Source of the DNA: Lingula anatina
Lineage: Eukaryota > Animalia > Brachiopoda
Length of the DNA stretch: 64,000 bases
Direction: 5' to 3'
Assembly: GCA_051362555.1 (NCBI GenBank)
Contig: CM120646.1
Span: 17,174,001-17,238,000 of the forward strand
Of the stretch, positions 27,177 through 40,411 are shown one piece after another. A program made the position numbers and the translations under genes. The notes under the pieces were generated by a model, which was not told the DNA's origin, made no database searches, and saw nothing but the letters and a program-made list of their open reading frames with translations. Within the stretch, counting starts at the first letter, position 1; each line of letters starts with the position of its first letter.

Positions 27177-30100
27177 GCACACAAGTCTTTATCTATCCAC
27201 AAGAGAAGGGAGAAATACTAGTAAGGAGAGGAGGGGAGCAAAGGCTATTATGACACCATATGTATGTAGCCTTATTAATCCTAAACAGATAAAGATCAAT
27301 ACTTACACTAGGGTTATAAATCTCAGGTGTCCAGCACCCTGCTATGCTCTTGGGACATTCCAGAGATGTCATGGGTCAGGGAATTATCAGGTGACAATCA
27401 AATGACACTCATAACCATTGATTAACACGGAAATAGTCTGCTGTTAGGGAATATCTTCTCAGTGATTATATAAAACTACATTTAAATACATTTTAGAATT
27501 TTTTATTTATTTTTTTTTTTGGGGGGGGGGGTTACCATTAAATTAATAGGCCCTCATGACAGATATTACTGATATTATTTTAACAGGAATTTAAAAAAAC
27601 AATGTCACTATAGCAGATATAGATAAGTGCGATTTTCTTACCTCATAAACGATAACAATTTTTTTCTCTTTGATACTGACCTAGATACAAGGGGCAGTAG
27701 TCTTTTAGCAGTAGTTATGTTCATAAAAGAATAGGGGATACCTAGTCAGTATATTGGTCAAAAGCTCTCTCTCCAGAGTAGAAATGTTCTAACCCTAACC
27801 AGTTGACTCATGCCCAGTTTTGGACTTGATCTCTTTTCATAAGCCCAAGCAGTAAAATGGCATCATTGACAAATTTGTTATTGTGGCAAAAAAGACTTAT
27901 GCACATGCCCCCTATTCCAGTAACATTAACAGACTCAGGCAATTACACTATGTATCTAGACAGTGGTGTCTCTACACAAAAACTGAAACAATTACTCATT
28001 CTTTGTAAAACTTTTTACTCTGCCACCTTGAACCCCATTCTATGTATCACCAATCCAAAGCCACTTTCAGACTATAAAAATACCCTTTTTTTAAGTTAAA
28101 AGAGAAAAAAGAATACCTCACTACCTTCTTGCTCTGCCCTCCTTCCTGTTCCCATGGACTTAAAGTGTCACATGGTCCCATTAACTAGTCCCGGGTCAGC
28201 GGACATGCATTTATCCAGCCTTGTTAATGACAAGGGGCATGTTATTAACAATTTTGTGAGTTGACGCGACCCAAATGAGAGACCAGAGATAGGCGAGGCA
28301 TAGGTTATTATACACAATCAGTCTGATAAAATACAATGATGACAATGATAAGATTCTATCCAACGAGTGAACTATGAACACGGAAATCTAATCTTGAAGG
28401 TCAATAGCACTAAAAAACTATCAAAAATCATAACTCAAAACTGTGAAGAATATGTATTAACGCACCAAGAAGACAACCTTATAGGTGTTGTACATAGGTA
28501 ACTTACAAGAGAGACAGCTTCATCCATCCTGCCATCTGCAGCAACAACTATGTCACTGACTTGTAATAAATATGTATGCCACAATGTGTCACCAACTGTA
28601 TGTCACCATCCAACATGTTACATTGGGATCAGCCCCTGGCAAAACACTATACCACCTATGGATAGAGAGAGTTCTATTCCAAAGGTACATTTACACTCGA
28701 GTCAAATTTGGATCCAACCTCATGCAGCCTTGGTGTGCATGGGGTTAAAAATCAATAAGATGTGACCAGTTTTCACGACATAAAATATTTGTCGTGCTGA
28801 GAAAAAAAGTTCTGTGATACCTGTGGTGAGGATGCCACTCAACTTCCTTAAGGACTTTTACATTTGACTTAGCAGCACCAAAGGCTGAAGTCAACCTCTT
28901 TTCAACTGATCTACACAAATACACACACACACAAACATACTAGTGCGACCCAGGGCAGAACTGACCTGAACCGGTCTTTGAGTGTAAACAGATCACCAGA
29001 TAAAGCCAATTGACAACATCCATATGGCGTGAAATGATGCCCCATGCAATCTCACTGTGCTGTGACAATGCCACCAAGACATTTGACAAAATCTTTAATA
29101 AGTCCATGCATTCCTTTTTTCCCAACGGTTACAACCCAGCTGAGATCTCTTGCAGTGTTTAGCATTTACAGTCAGTACAGTTGGGTCAACTTAACTTATC
29201 ACTGCATGATTATCGTTACAAGTATCATATCTAAAACAGTCCAGAAAAAGTGGGTACTTTCTACCAGAAAAGAAATTTGGCCAAAAACTGTTCTTAACTT
29301 CAAGACAAAAATCATTGTTCACTTTACCATGTCAGCCATTTCTTTCTTGTTATAAATAAAACAGGGGCAACATTACATTTCATTTCAACTACAACTAATT
29401 TACTTGGATTAATAAAGGGACAATATGATTTTGCCCTGTCTTACCAAATGTACTGCCATCTCTATATCAAGTTAGCCTGATCTCAAAAGGTAAAATGAAT
29501 GAGCAGTAGCCAAGATTAAATATTTTCTGAAGTTTTTAAAAAGCATGTCATAAAGTAGGGACCAACTTTTAACTCAAGCTATTTAATGGATAGGCCCTGG
29601 TTACTTAAATTCAAACAACAACAATTTTCATATGTAATCAAAAGTGTTTCCTGTCTTTACATATTCCCACTGTTTACTCAATGCTTTGTTTACATTTCTG
29701 GTTTCCTGTTGATGTCAAAGATCTTAAATTAGTGAAAATACAAGATTTTATTTATCAGCAAAATCCAAAAGTTTCTTCAGGAGTCGAAAACAAAATGAAA
29801 TTCTGTAAAATTTTTTTTGTAACATGTAGATAAGCACCATTGCTGGGTTCACTTCATTGCATAAAAATTTTATTTCATTCACTTATTACAAATTTACTTT
29901 TATCATTATCTTAATACTTTTTTTATTTTATTTTATCATCATTTTTTGCCAAAACTTTGCCACAAATATTTCCCACATACTAGTAAATGAACATTCTTTT
30001 TTTACCAGGCATTTCTTGCATCATTTTTCACTGTTCTCCTTTTTGGAAAAAAACTTTGTCAAAGTCACTTCACAAAGGTAAATATCTGTTTTAACCGCAC

Positions 30101-31300
30101 ATTACACACAGCCCCACTATCAAGTTCAATTTTGCCAAAGGACCTAGGTTATATCCCCAGCCATTGCTATTTCAATATTTACTGCGTACTAGTATCCACA
30201 TCTTTGGAGACTATCGTAATATACAGCAGTATGAGGGACAGTTATCAAAAAGAGACATCTAAATGGAAACAAGCTTATCAGTATGTACATTTGACAACAG
30301 GTGGTCACAGGTAGACGTTTTTCTACCCTCAAGAGTTATGCCACAGTACTCTGTATTATAGTACTACTATGGGTAAATAGCGTTAAATGCTATCTCTTTC
30401 CCACACACAAGATTGGTCGCCCCAGCCAATGATTCTTTCCTTAAATCCATATCTTAAACTACACATACTATCACTCACACACACACACACACAAAGTTGC
30501 AGCAATCTCACCTGTCAAATTCCTCTTCAATGAGGTAATAAGATCACAACCCTCTATCTCTGCCCTCAAACAACAGAGGAGACTCGATATAAGACCTCTA
30601 CCCCAATGCAGTCAACTTTCTTTTGGGTCATGTATTCGTGCTGCTGCCAGTGTCACAGCAGAGAGACACGGAGAGATTTCATCCAATCAGGAGACTGTCA
30701 AGGTGATCCACTGAGAAGTATCATGCAAGGAGAATGAGCGAAGCCATGCTGTCACTTTGCATAATGGCTTTAACCCAACTTTTTTAGGGGGGGGGGGGGA
30801 GACCATTATCTGTTCAAGGTTCAAAGCATTTCAAATAACTTTTGTTTTCTATTTTTTTTTTTTCAAGATTAAACATTTTTTGAACTTACAACAATGTACT
30901 ATCTGACACAATGTAAAAAGATTTTTCAAAACTTTTTTATCAACATTTTTTAGTATTGTCAAAAAAATACTGGGAGGGGGGGGGATATTATCAATTGATG
31001 TTTTTGTGCACTTATTGAATAATTACCATAATTTAATTTTGACAAGGTCAACAAGGTTTAACATGACATTACTTGATAATGAGGCACTGAGGGGAAGTCC
31101 ACTGAAAACATCTGTGTCATTAACATGTCAGCAGATGGGGTAACCATATGTTCCTCTCAAGGTGTGTTCAGACAAGTGGATAACCCAAGACCGAAAGAGG
31201 TCTGGTGAATAACAAGACCTTGATTTTGTGAAACCTGTATATTTAAAATCAACAGCAATGGTGGTAGGACCAGTGGCTAACATCGTTAGAATTAAGTCCT

Positions 31301-31302
<2 letters not shown>

Positions 31303-31353
<51 letters not shown>
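31303..31353. repeat. 51-nt poly-C (poly-G on the transcribed minus strand; G-quadruplex-capable)
   Basis: Direct reading; homopolymer length may be unreliable in the assembly. Confidence 0.9.
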
Positions 31354-33544
31354 TTACAAACAAACATATAACCACAGGGGTTCAAATCCTGTGCTAAACA
31401 ATAATGAACTTCAGCTATAAAAAAAGTACACTGCTGCTTTCTTACAAATTTCCTGTGTTCTCCTCTTGGAGAGGAGTTTTGGACAGTCACACTCAATCAC
31501 ATACCATTGACACATTGATATGGTTGGACTGGGTTTGGATTTATCTTCTTCATAAATGCACATTGAGAATATAATTACTGCCACTTAGGCTTGTCACTTC
31601 CAATAATAAATGTGTCTGTAAAGATGCTCCTGACTGCCCAATAATCAAGTCAATTAGCAACTGTCATATCATCTTTATATTACCCCTGCCATGCTATTAC
31701 TATCATTAGAAAATAACGTGACAAACCAAATGGATATGAATTAAATAAAACATCACAAGTACACATCCAATTACAGAAGTCCTAGTTTTATTAAGCTGTT
31801 TGTCATTATTGTTTTTTTTTTTTTAGCAATGGACGTGTATCATGTGATAAATTCCAGAAAACAAAAACTATTCCCTAGTTGATGTTGGTTAGATAAATGC
31901 CTTCCACAACAATATTACCTACTAGTACCAGCATTATTCATCTCATATGGCATGATTTCCTGCAGTCAAATTATTTAAATTATTCCGGGGCAAAATTTTT
32001 AACAATACTGACGGGAAATTGATAAACAATGAGATGAATATGTTTCATTTTTCAATTCAAATAGGAAATGGTCAGGAACTGGTTTAAATGTACTTAGTTG
32101 TAGTGAACCTTACTCTTTTGAGGATAATTAATGTAATGTAGTGAAAAAAATTTTTTACCTTTTCTTTCTCAATTTTAACCATTATCTTACAGTGCTTGAC
32201 TTTTATTTTCTATGCAATAGTATATCAGGTTCAAACTACATAAGAGTTTTTCAAATTTAACAGCCACTTGCTTAAAAAAATTTTCCATAAACATATACAT
32301 ATACATTTCCGGCAGGCTTTTTCAAGCATGGCTTCATGTTATAAATAAAACCCTATCAATGCAGAAAACAATTTTAACTGATACTTCATAGGTGAACAAT
32401 GGATTCTTTCCATTTTCTCATTTACAGGCTTCATGTGTTATGAATGTACTGGAACTTAAATGTTTTCTTTATGCCTGAGTTTTAGAGTTTTATTAAGAAG
32501 AGGCCCTAAAATAAATTTTCTGCTTGAATGAAATCCACATTTGTAAGGTCCTAAGCATGGAATGAATGTCCTAAATGTATCTTTACCTTCTCCATAAAAG
32601 TGTGGATAAATATTTATCCATATTCAATGTACACTAATAATTTTTCACTTTGAAAAAAAAAGTTTGCCCACCATTTCTAATACAAGTTGTTATGACAGTT
32701 TCAGAAACAGAAAGTACCACAAATAAAATGCCAGGCTATCCTAAATGCCAATTCCCTATCACTTATCATAACTGCATGGGTAGATTATAAATCAGAGACC
32801 AATGTGGACTTTTCATAATAAACCCTGAATATGCAAGTGCAGAAGATGAGCAGGTCAATATGGGGAAACTCCAACTGGGGACATAAATAAAAAACCAACA
32901 TTTCCAGATTTGATGATATATCTCTAATTAAAATATAAAATAGCAATAATCACAGTACAGGTTAAATAAATAAACTCAGTTTCTAGCTTGATAAGTGAAA
33001 GAATTCATAATATTAAGTAAAAGCTCAGACATTCTGGATATTTTAAAGTAATTTTTATGCAAACTATTTGGACAATTCTAGTACCCTCAGTTTGTGTAAT
33101 AATATTCACTATCTGATCTGATAGTTCTGTTTGCTGGCTGCGTAACTGGATGGAACACTGGCGCTAAGTGCAAAAAGTTTATCTATAAATTATAAACTCA
33201 ATATGAAATCAAAGATTATTTAACGTTGAACGTTTGTCTGTGCAGTGCACAACGACTATACGCCCGTTAGCGCTTACTTTTACTTAACTTAAACCAGACC
33301 AGACTTCCCTTGAAAGGCATATTATAGCCATTCGTTTTTTAGAGATGTTTAAATATGCGCGTTAAGTATTACATAATAAGTGAAACTAGCTAATTTGACA
33401 ATGCGATAGGTTAACTACTCGAGTCAAACTCAAAATGCTATCCAATATTAGGTAGTCCCAATGGAATGAATCGTGTGTTTTAAGACAAAAAAACAACAGT
33501 ATCTATACAGTCACAATACAAAATACATAGGCTACACCACTTAC

Positions 33545-33645
33545 CACTTTAATAAGCTTTCTTCTGTGCGAAATCGTTACACGTTGGCTTCTGTTTGACT
33601 GTCAACTGAACGCCTTTCGACTTGAACCGCCATGTTTACCCATGG
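33545..33645 (-). other. Probable non-coding exon 1 of the minus-strand gene
   Basis: Donor GTG|GTAAGT at 33545, at the CpG-poor/CpG-rich boundary and next to promoter motifs. The 5' end is approximate. Confidence 0.65.
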
Positions 33646-33675
33646 ATTGCACATGCGCAAGATTATCACTTCCGT
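33627..33675 (-). promoter_or_regulatory. Housekeeping-type core promoter: YY1, NRF1-like and ETS motifs
   Basis: CCGCCATGTT (33627-36, YY1 consensus CCGCCATNTT), TGCACATGCGCA (33648-59, NRF1-like) and ACTTCCG (33668-74, ETS), all within 50 bp. Confidence 0.7.
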
Positions 33676-34571
33676 CTGCTACCGAATGCTTTATTCACAC
33701 CGGTTTTATCGAGCACAACTAACACATCGCGGCACAGATATGGATTTGGATATCGAAACAAATAAACCCGAAATTTGCAATAGAAAACTTAAAAAATCCT
33801 TTGGATGCATTGTTTTAAATGCACGAGTCTGTGATGTTCACGTTGACATCTAAAGTAAAGCGGAATTCATTGAAAATTAAATCAAGTCTCTTTTTAACGC
33901 GAATATGTGTCGTTGGTTAACTTTGATCTCTGACCAACATGTAAATTCCCTTCTTGGTTCAGCAGAATCACATGGTAAAAAACACTCCCTTTTGTAATTA
34001 TCAAGATCAATTATTTGGTATTTGTTTCAAAGAGAGAAATAAGGAATGTAAAAATTGTTATAAAATATTGTTAAATTTTATATATAGGCCTATATACTGT
34101 ATAGGCCTACTGTATATATAGGCCCTATATAAGCAAGTGTGCCGTATAGGCCTATGAATCTTTATAAATACCTGTATATAACGCTCTTCATAATGCATAT
34201 ATACAGCTTTTTTTTTTTTTCTTTTGTACTTGCACATTCGCTTAAGGTTTTTCTTATTGAAAAACAAAATAAAATTTCCTAGAAAAACATTTTCCAACCC
34301 ACGGATCAATGCTCAACCCGTTCCACTTGGATTCTGCGTTTGATTCCATTTTCAATTTTTTTCTCTCCACCAGCTGGACTTTTATAAAATACCTAAACTT
34401 CCTTCCTCCTATTTCAGCATCACCATCATTTTTGATACTCATTACATGCCATTCAACCGCGAAGAAGGGATTTCCCGAATCATTTTCAACACAGAAGTTT
34501 CTAAATACTGTAGTTTCACTTTAAGTGTATGATAAGGAATTTATCATTGAAATATCGATATATAACCGCTT

Positions 34572-34677
34572 CAGGGGCGGATCCAGGATTAATTGAAGGG
34601 GGAGGGGGGTCCGCGGATGCGAGGCCTACCCCCCTGACCCCCCCCCCCCCCCCCCCCCGCCTCTAAATCCGCCACTG
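34572..34677. mobile_element. 106-bp MITE with CAG(G/T)GGCGGAT TIRs
   Basis: Left CAGGGGCGGATCCAG, right CTAAATCCGCCACTG; flanks cgctt/agctt form an imperfect 5-bp TSD. Confidence 0.75.
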
Positions 34678-35179
34678 AGCTTTTCACTAAATGTCTCCTG
34701 TTCGTTGTTATCATGACTACAAAGGATGTTATTTTTAAGCAATCCATAGTTTCCATAGGCGCAACGTAACATTTCGATACGTTGAGAGATTTTCCACAAA
34801 TTATTTTTTTTGCTGTACATGCTGCAGAAAACATGTCTCCATACTAAAGCAAAAGTGAAAGTAAGGCCACAACCTTCGCTTTAATTGTGGGATCGCGGAT
34901 GTGACATGCAAGTTTTAACGAAACAAGCAATAAAACGAAGAAAAAATAATAATTTCATTTTCCCGCTTCCTCTTCCTGATTCACATCCAATCTCTTCATG
35001 CCAAAACATCAACAAGGGAAAAAAAACTAGCCAGACCAGGAAAATAAAGACATCAAATGCCACATGTTTTTCCATATTTGCATTCGCTTTTGATACATAC
35101 ATGCAACACTTTTCCAGTTCGGAACTCATTCCTGCGTTGTGTAATCATACATCCAAACAGTCGTAATCTTTTATAGCTG

Positions 35180-35306
35180 CTGAGTAACACACTTCACTTG
35201 GCTGATTGGGAGCTGATACCATCTGACACGGACTTTCTGAAGGGAAGGGTTTTATACCTTCAAATATCTCGATAACGCAGTATTGATTCCTTCATTTAAA
35301 AAGAAG
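35180..35306 (+). other. Candidate non-coding first exon of the multi-pass membrane gene
   Basis: Strong donor AAG|GTAAGT (GT at 35307), reverse CCAAT at ~35205, and a matching acceptor at 37608. The 5' end is a guess. Confidence 0.4.
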
Positions 35307-35355
35307 GTAAGTGGCGGATTGTCAACATATTCATCAATTTAATATTTACTTCTGT

Positions 35356-35392
<37 letters not shown>

Positions 35393-35597
35393 GCCAGTAT
35401 CATATGTAATAACCTTTCGTTTGTATCAAATGTGTGTCACCTGTGTTGATAGATTCGAACGTCACCGTGCACCGGTGCCAAATAATTAAGAACTGGTTTT
35501 TGTATTGTAACTTAGTCGTTTATACAGACAGGTAGTGTGGATGGATTGTTACGACATTAAATCACCTACCCCCATTGATTATTTCCTGTCTATTACC

Positions 35598-35602
<5 letters not shown>

Positions 35603-35666
<64 letters not shown>

Positions 35667-35692
35667 ACATTCACACACGCACGTCTGATGCA

Positions 35693-35735
<43 letters not shown>
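35603..35735. repeat. Compound (CT)n(CA)n microsatellite
   Basis: Direct reading of the sequence. Confidence 0.95.
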
Positions 35736-37059
35736 TAGAAGGGACTTTTCCTTTTATTGAGCATCATCGACTTCAATCATGCGCATTACGCACGCCAAAT
35801 GCACCCGGGCGTACAGGTAGAGATAGCCTTCACTCTGACTACTGGGTCAGCTAGTAGTCTTTTATAAAGTTTTTGTATCATTAAATATTAAATATATAAT
35901 TATTAAATATTGTGCACTATTTTTGAGGCCCCTAATGTCAGAGGGTAGAAACAGTCGATTCCACACTAAAAATGTCCATATAATTTTATTTTCTACGTCG
36001 TAACATGTCTCGCATTTGTGTTTTGAAATACAAGTAATTGTTTTTGTGCACCTTTTGAAAAAATTGAACGAAGTTTCATCTTATTTGTCAATCATCAATG
36101 GCATACATATCTAAGACCACCTTATTTTATTGTCTCTTTGGAGGTATATGGCGATTTTACGATCTTCCTTTTAAATAATTTACCAACCAATCAAGGTGAC
36201 AGTCGGGCGTGTCTGAGACGTCACTTTTTCGGGAACACACGTGTACATATTTTGGCAGGATGATGATGTCTGATGATGACACATGTGTTTCAATTTGAAA
36301 AAGTTCCATAGCCGGTTTCACTTTCATATATGTGAACGCAGTAGCAGGTTATCTTAAGGACAAGGTCACTGTAGATGCAGTATTTAGGCCCTATGCTGAT
36401 ATTGCGTTGCATCATCCCTACAGCTTCTAAAGTTCAGCAGGTTTCACAAAAGCACACACTTGTTACGGTTGTCGTGACATTGACACACACATATATATAT
36501 TCTTTTTTTGCCTAAGATAAATCAGAGGATGTTTTTATTTTTACCAATTTTTGTTTTCTGATTTTAGTGATTTTTTTAATTAGTAAGATTTAGCAAATTT
36601 TACGTGTCTATGGTATGTACCTGCACTGGTACAAATATACTTACACAGTTTCCCTTTTACCTTATAACTAATATGCCAATAGCTTTTCAAAGATTTCCAA
36701 AGTTCTGTTAAGTGATTGCTTTGAACAGCGTCTTTGATACTCAAAAAGAAAACACGATTTTGCTATTTGCGTATTGATTTTATATTCATATTTTACAAGA
36801 CATTCTAGCTATTGAGAAAAGTCTGACACCGATGACGCAAAAATAGGGTAGGGTAAATCTCAACATAACAGGTGTTTTCTAAGCCGAAATTTGATGCTGA
36901 CCACAAATTTGACAATCTTTTATTTACAATTATTTAGGTCGGTAAAATGACAATTTTCAAAATGTCAGCCAAAATGGCCTATAGCTACATAGAGTTTCGT
37001 CAACAACAATTAATAATAATAATAATATAATAATAATCTATATTGGAGAATCGCAACAA

Positions 37060-37364
37060 TTTATTTAAATGAAATGAACATTCAAGTCGAGGAAACCTGG
37101 TCATTTTTGCACTGGTGCACTCTGTAGACGGTCTCACCTCCCTGGGGAGCATACAGCTCGGCTGCCATATTAGGCGCTCATAGCTAATATATCATTACTG
37201 CACTGCCTGACCAGGCCCCTGCTTCAACCCCTTAGTGCTGAGTGCCAAGCGGGGAGACAGCAGGTACCGTTTATAAAGGACTGGTATGTCCCCGGACGGG
37301 TTTTGATCCCACGTCCTCCCGCTCCGGAGGCGGACACTCTAACCACAAGGCCATCCGGTCGGTC
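37060..37364 (-). mobile_element. tRNA-derived SINE with Meta-like and Deu/Nin-like central domains
   Basis: Minus strand: A box TGGCCTTGTGG, B box GGATCAAAACC, then ATACCAGTCCTTTATAAACGGTACCTGCTG...GCTTGGCACTCAGCACTAAGG (MetaSINE-like) and GGCAGCCGAGCTGTATGCTCCCCAGGGAG (Deu/Nin-like). Domain names are from recall of consensus sequences. Confidence 0.8.
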
Positions 37365-37626
37365 TAATTAAAGGAACTATAGTGTGTCATATGTCTTTTC
37401 TTAAGTTTTAGGGGTCATAGAATCCATTTCTGATGTTAATACTGAGATTAGTACATTTTACAGTGAGTTCAGTTACCATGTAAGCTGACAATTAACTGTC
37501 AAGCTAGACTGGAGAGCCAGAATCTTCGATAATGGAGACAATGAACCACCTCAGTCATCTTGATCAATCAAAATGAGGACGTAATCATTGTGAATTATTT
37601 CCTTTTAGGTACCTTGAAGCAAACCC

Positions 37627-39891
37627 ATGGCCTTTGTACGTGCAAGTCTGGTGTTCCTTTCAATGCTGCACATGGCAGGTTTGGTATATTCCCATGATCC
37701 AAATGCAGGGAAAACGACACTGCATTGCCGAACGAACTGCAGCCTTCAACCTACCCAACATTCACTGCACAAGTTTCGGGACGTGTTTGAAAGCAACGGC
37801 GTCAAATTTGTGGATGTTTTCATGCAAGTCAAAGAGAACAACAGTGACTCAGAACCAAGGACAAAATCAAGCGTTTTTCAACTCTTTCAGTGGCATGTGA
37901 TAGATAAGAAGAGTGGTGTGGTTTATATGAAACTAGTGTATGACTTCGAGGTCCTCTCTTTGTGGACATTAAGTTCGGGGATATATGAACTATCGATAGA
38001 GTTACTACCAATTCAACCCGACTGCTGGGCGAATTTAGATCTAGAATGTCAGCTTTTCACGGTGTCTAAGGCTGTTCTGCAAGTGCTGAATGCACTGAAA
38101 GAAAAACTAGGGGACAATGGTTTGAGGTTATGCGGTGAGAATCACTTTCACCAAGGTGGGTTTTTCCAAGAAGATAGTTGTATCGATGTAGCCAATGTTA
38201 CAAAGTCGACGTCATTAACATTTCTTCCTGCGGAGAAATCTAATACCAGTTATATATTAACAGGAATATTTGACTTGGTAGTCGTTGGAATTTTTTTGGC
38301 TGTTTTACCCCTCCTTGTGTTAACCATTTTACCAAGGGGGGTTTCAACTTTTCTAAGCAAAGACGCTTTTCGGGAACTCAAAACATTTGAATACTGCAAC
38401 GGTTTCACCCCTCCTACAGAGAGACTGTTCATGATACTACAGAATTCTCGACTGTGCATACCTGTCCGAGTTCTTTTATTTGTGCTACTGCACTCTAGCT
38501 CGCTTTTCGCTTTCTTAACGAACATGGCCTTTTATTCAAATGTATGGGTGTCGCAGTGTTCTCATTTACGCTTCCTGAATTTTTTATACCTTACGAAGTT
38601 TTTACCCTCTTTGTTCACTGCTGTTCCTACGTGCATTCGTTTAGGGGTCCGTCCATGGGCAGATTTTGCTATTACGTCACTCGCTTTGGTAGCGTTTGTG
38701 TGGTCCTTTCTCTTTTTTATCTTAACGCCGATGTTGACTTATGAACGACTGGAAGGTAGTTTATTAACTAAAATGGATTTTAGATTTGCTGCTGACACTA
38801 CTTTTGGGATGCCAATGCCGAACTTATGTCTTGAAAAGTCCATGAGGATGTTCATGAATCCTTGCATGTTTGTAAAAATGCTGAAAGGAACTTTTGTGAA
38901 AAGGAAAATAATGGATCTTGTAATGATGCTTCTTATACTGCCATTATTCCCTTTCGGCTACATATTTTTTCTTGCTCTGTATGTGCAACAAAGCTTCTTT
39001 AACAAATGCCCCTACGTGTGTTGCCGCTGGTTTGGTCACGCTTACAAGGTTCTATCACTTGTGCCTTTCTATTATTTTGTTTTACTCTATATCGACGTTG
39101 CCTACCGCCTGGTTTGGACTTTAGCCATGGTGCTGTCTGGACTGGCACTTAACACGAATGGTGTTCTGCCGTACGTGGTATTGGCGTTATCGTTTCTGTA
39201 TTACATGATTTTGCCCTTCCACAACTTGCAAGATGAGTATAGAAAATTAAAATTGATAGTGTTTGAGGAATGCGAGCGAATGTTCAGTGAATGTGGGGAC
39301 TTAGGTCAAAATTGTGGGCCTTTGGCGGAGATGGGTCTCGAGGAACACATTCAAAACTCCAGGGCATCAGCTGAATCAGTTGCGCGCGACGACCAGGGTA
39401 CTACGACGCCATTGTTGCAAAGGGGAATCGACGCCACCCATGAATACAGTGACGTCTTAACTTACGGCACTGGTGAAATATCATCGAGATTTGATACTTG
39501 CGATGGACCGATTTACGTTTGCGACAATTATGGCAATAAGAAAATACACAAACAACTATGGTGCTTCATCTGTAGTCGAATCTTGCCTCCAAGACAGAAG
39601 CTGCTGAAGGCGTCTTTCACCGCTTTCTGTTTGATAATGTCGATACTGATATTTTCCCTTGGACTTGTGGCTTACAACGCATATGAAAGATTCACCACCA
39701 TTGGACATTCGTTTTCCACCTTTGCGACGGCCATTGTACCAAAGTTTCTTTACAACTTTTTGGCTTCTGAGAGCGCCAAGCAATCAAAGGAGCGACGCTG
39801 GAGAAGTATTGTTGTAATAACGATCAAAGAATATGCAAACATTGCTGCAGATAAGAACAATCGAACGCACGAACGTCGATCTTTGATATAG
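37627..39891 (+). CDS. Uncharacterised 754-aa multi-pass membrane protein (signal peptide, Cys-containing ectodomain, ~8-10 hydrophobic segments); CDS in a single exon
   Basis: Long uninterrupted ORF. Acceptor tttccttttag| at 37608 lies just upstream of the ATG; hydrophobic N-terminus MAFVRASLVFLSMLHMAGLVYS; AATAAA at 40080. Confidence 0.9.
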   Translation: MAFVRASLVFLSMLHMAGLVYSHDPNAGKTTLHCRTNCSLQPTQHSLHKFRDVFESNGVKFVDVFMQVKENNSDSEPRTKSSVFQLFQWHVIDKKSGVVYMKLVYDFEVLSLWTLSSGIYELSIELLPIQPDCWANLDLECQLFTVSKAVLQVLNALKEKLGDNGLRLCGENHFHQGGFFQEDSCIDVANVTKSTSLTFLPAEKSNTSYILTGIFDLVVVGIFLAVLPLLVLTILPRGVSTFLSKDAFRELKTFEYCNGFTPPTERLFMILQNSRLCIPVRVLLFVLLHSSSLFAFLTNMAFYSNVWVSQCSHLRFLNFLYLTKFLPSLFTAVPTCIRLGVRPWADFAITSLALVAFVWSFLFFILTPMLTYERLEGSLLTKMDFRFAADTTFGMPMPNLCLEKSMRMFMNPCMFVKMLKGTFVKRKIMDLVMMLLILPLFPFGYIFFLALYVQQSFFNKCPYVCCRWFGHAYKVLSLVPFYYFVLLYIDVAYRLVWTLAMVLSGLALNTNGVLPYVVLALSFLYYMILPFHNLQDEYRKLKLIVFEECERMFSECGDLGQNCGPLAEMGLEEHIQNSRASAESVARDDQGTTTPLLQRGIDATHEYSDVLTYGTGEISSRFDTCDGPIYVCDNYGNKKIHKQLWCFICSRILPPRQKLLKASFTAFCLIMSILIFSLGLVAYNAYERFTTIGHSFSTFATAIVPKFLYNFLASESAKQSKERRWRSIVVITIKEYANIAADKNNRTHERRSLI

Positions 39892-40278
39892 AACGAACGC
39901 AGAAACCTACTTCTTGAATTAACTGTTACCTGAACACATAAACAAACACGCGTTCTTACACATGCACAGTATATTCAAGATCCCAGATGCTCAAATCAAA
40001 TAGCCTATAAGGTGTCCCTCGATATCGTTGCAAACCATTTCCAAATCTGTTTATTTTGAAAAAATATATGTATATAAAAAATAAATATTGAAGACCGTTA
40101 AACTCACTAAATGTGTTAATTTTTCCTTAGTCCTCTTCAGTCCTCAAGCAGAAGAATTTCCTTCTGAATCAATGTGAAGAATTTCTTGGTGGTAATAAGG
40201 CAATAATTTGACCATGGCCTTTTTAAATGTACTGTGTCGTCCGCAGAGCAGTCCTCACTAGCGCTCTCATGTGCTCGT

Positions 40279-40411
40279 AACTCGAAAACATTGCGAATTG
40301 CGACTCAGCGATATCACCTTTTATTTCGAGGCTATTATATGGGGTGAGTAAATCCCGAGTTATGGAATAGAGACGCTTGCGCTCGGTCGCAATTCGCGAT
40401 GCTTTCGTGTT
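40279..40411. repeat. Imperfect inverted repeat, ~32-bp arms (probable MITE remnant)
   Basis: aactcgaaaacattgcgaattgcgactcagcg pairs with cgctcggtcgcaattcgcgatgctttcgtgtt. Confidence 0.65.

Noticed and set aside
31128-31496. Poly-Gly ORFs (also 34589, 34626, 44307) and poly-Lys/Phe ORFs (14391, 14482, 40523, 40630)
   Set aside because: Caused by homopolymer tracts.
37290-37364. tRNA gene
   Set aside because: The A/B boxes continue directly into SINE core domains; this is a SINE head, not a clean cloverleaf.
37627-39891. The multi-pass protein as the Golgi PEP transporter partnering the pyruvyl transferases
   Set aside because: Only adjacency supports it. The signal peptide, large ectodomain and lack of triose-phosphate/nucleotide-sugar transporter features argue against it.
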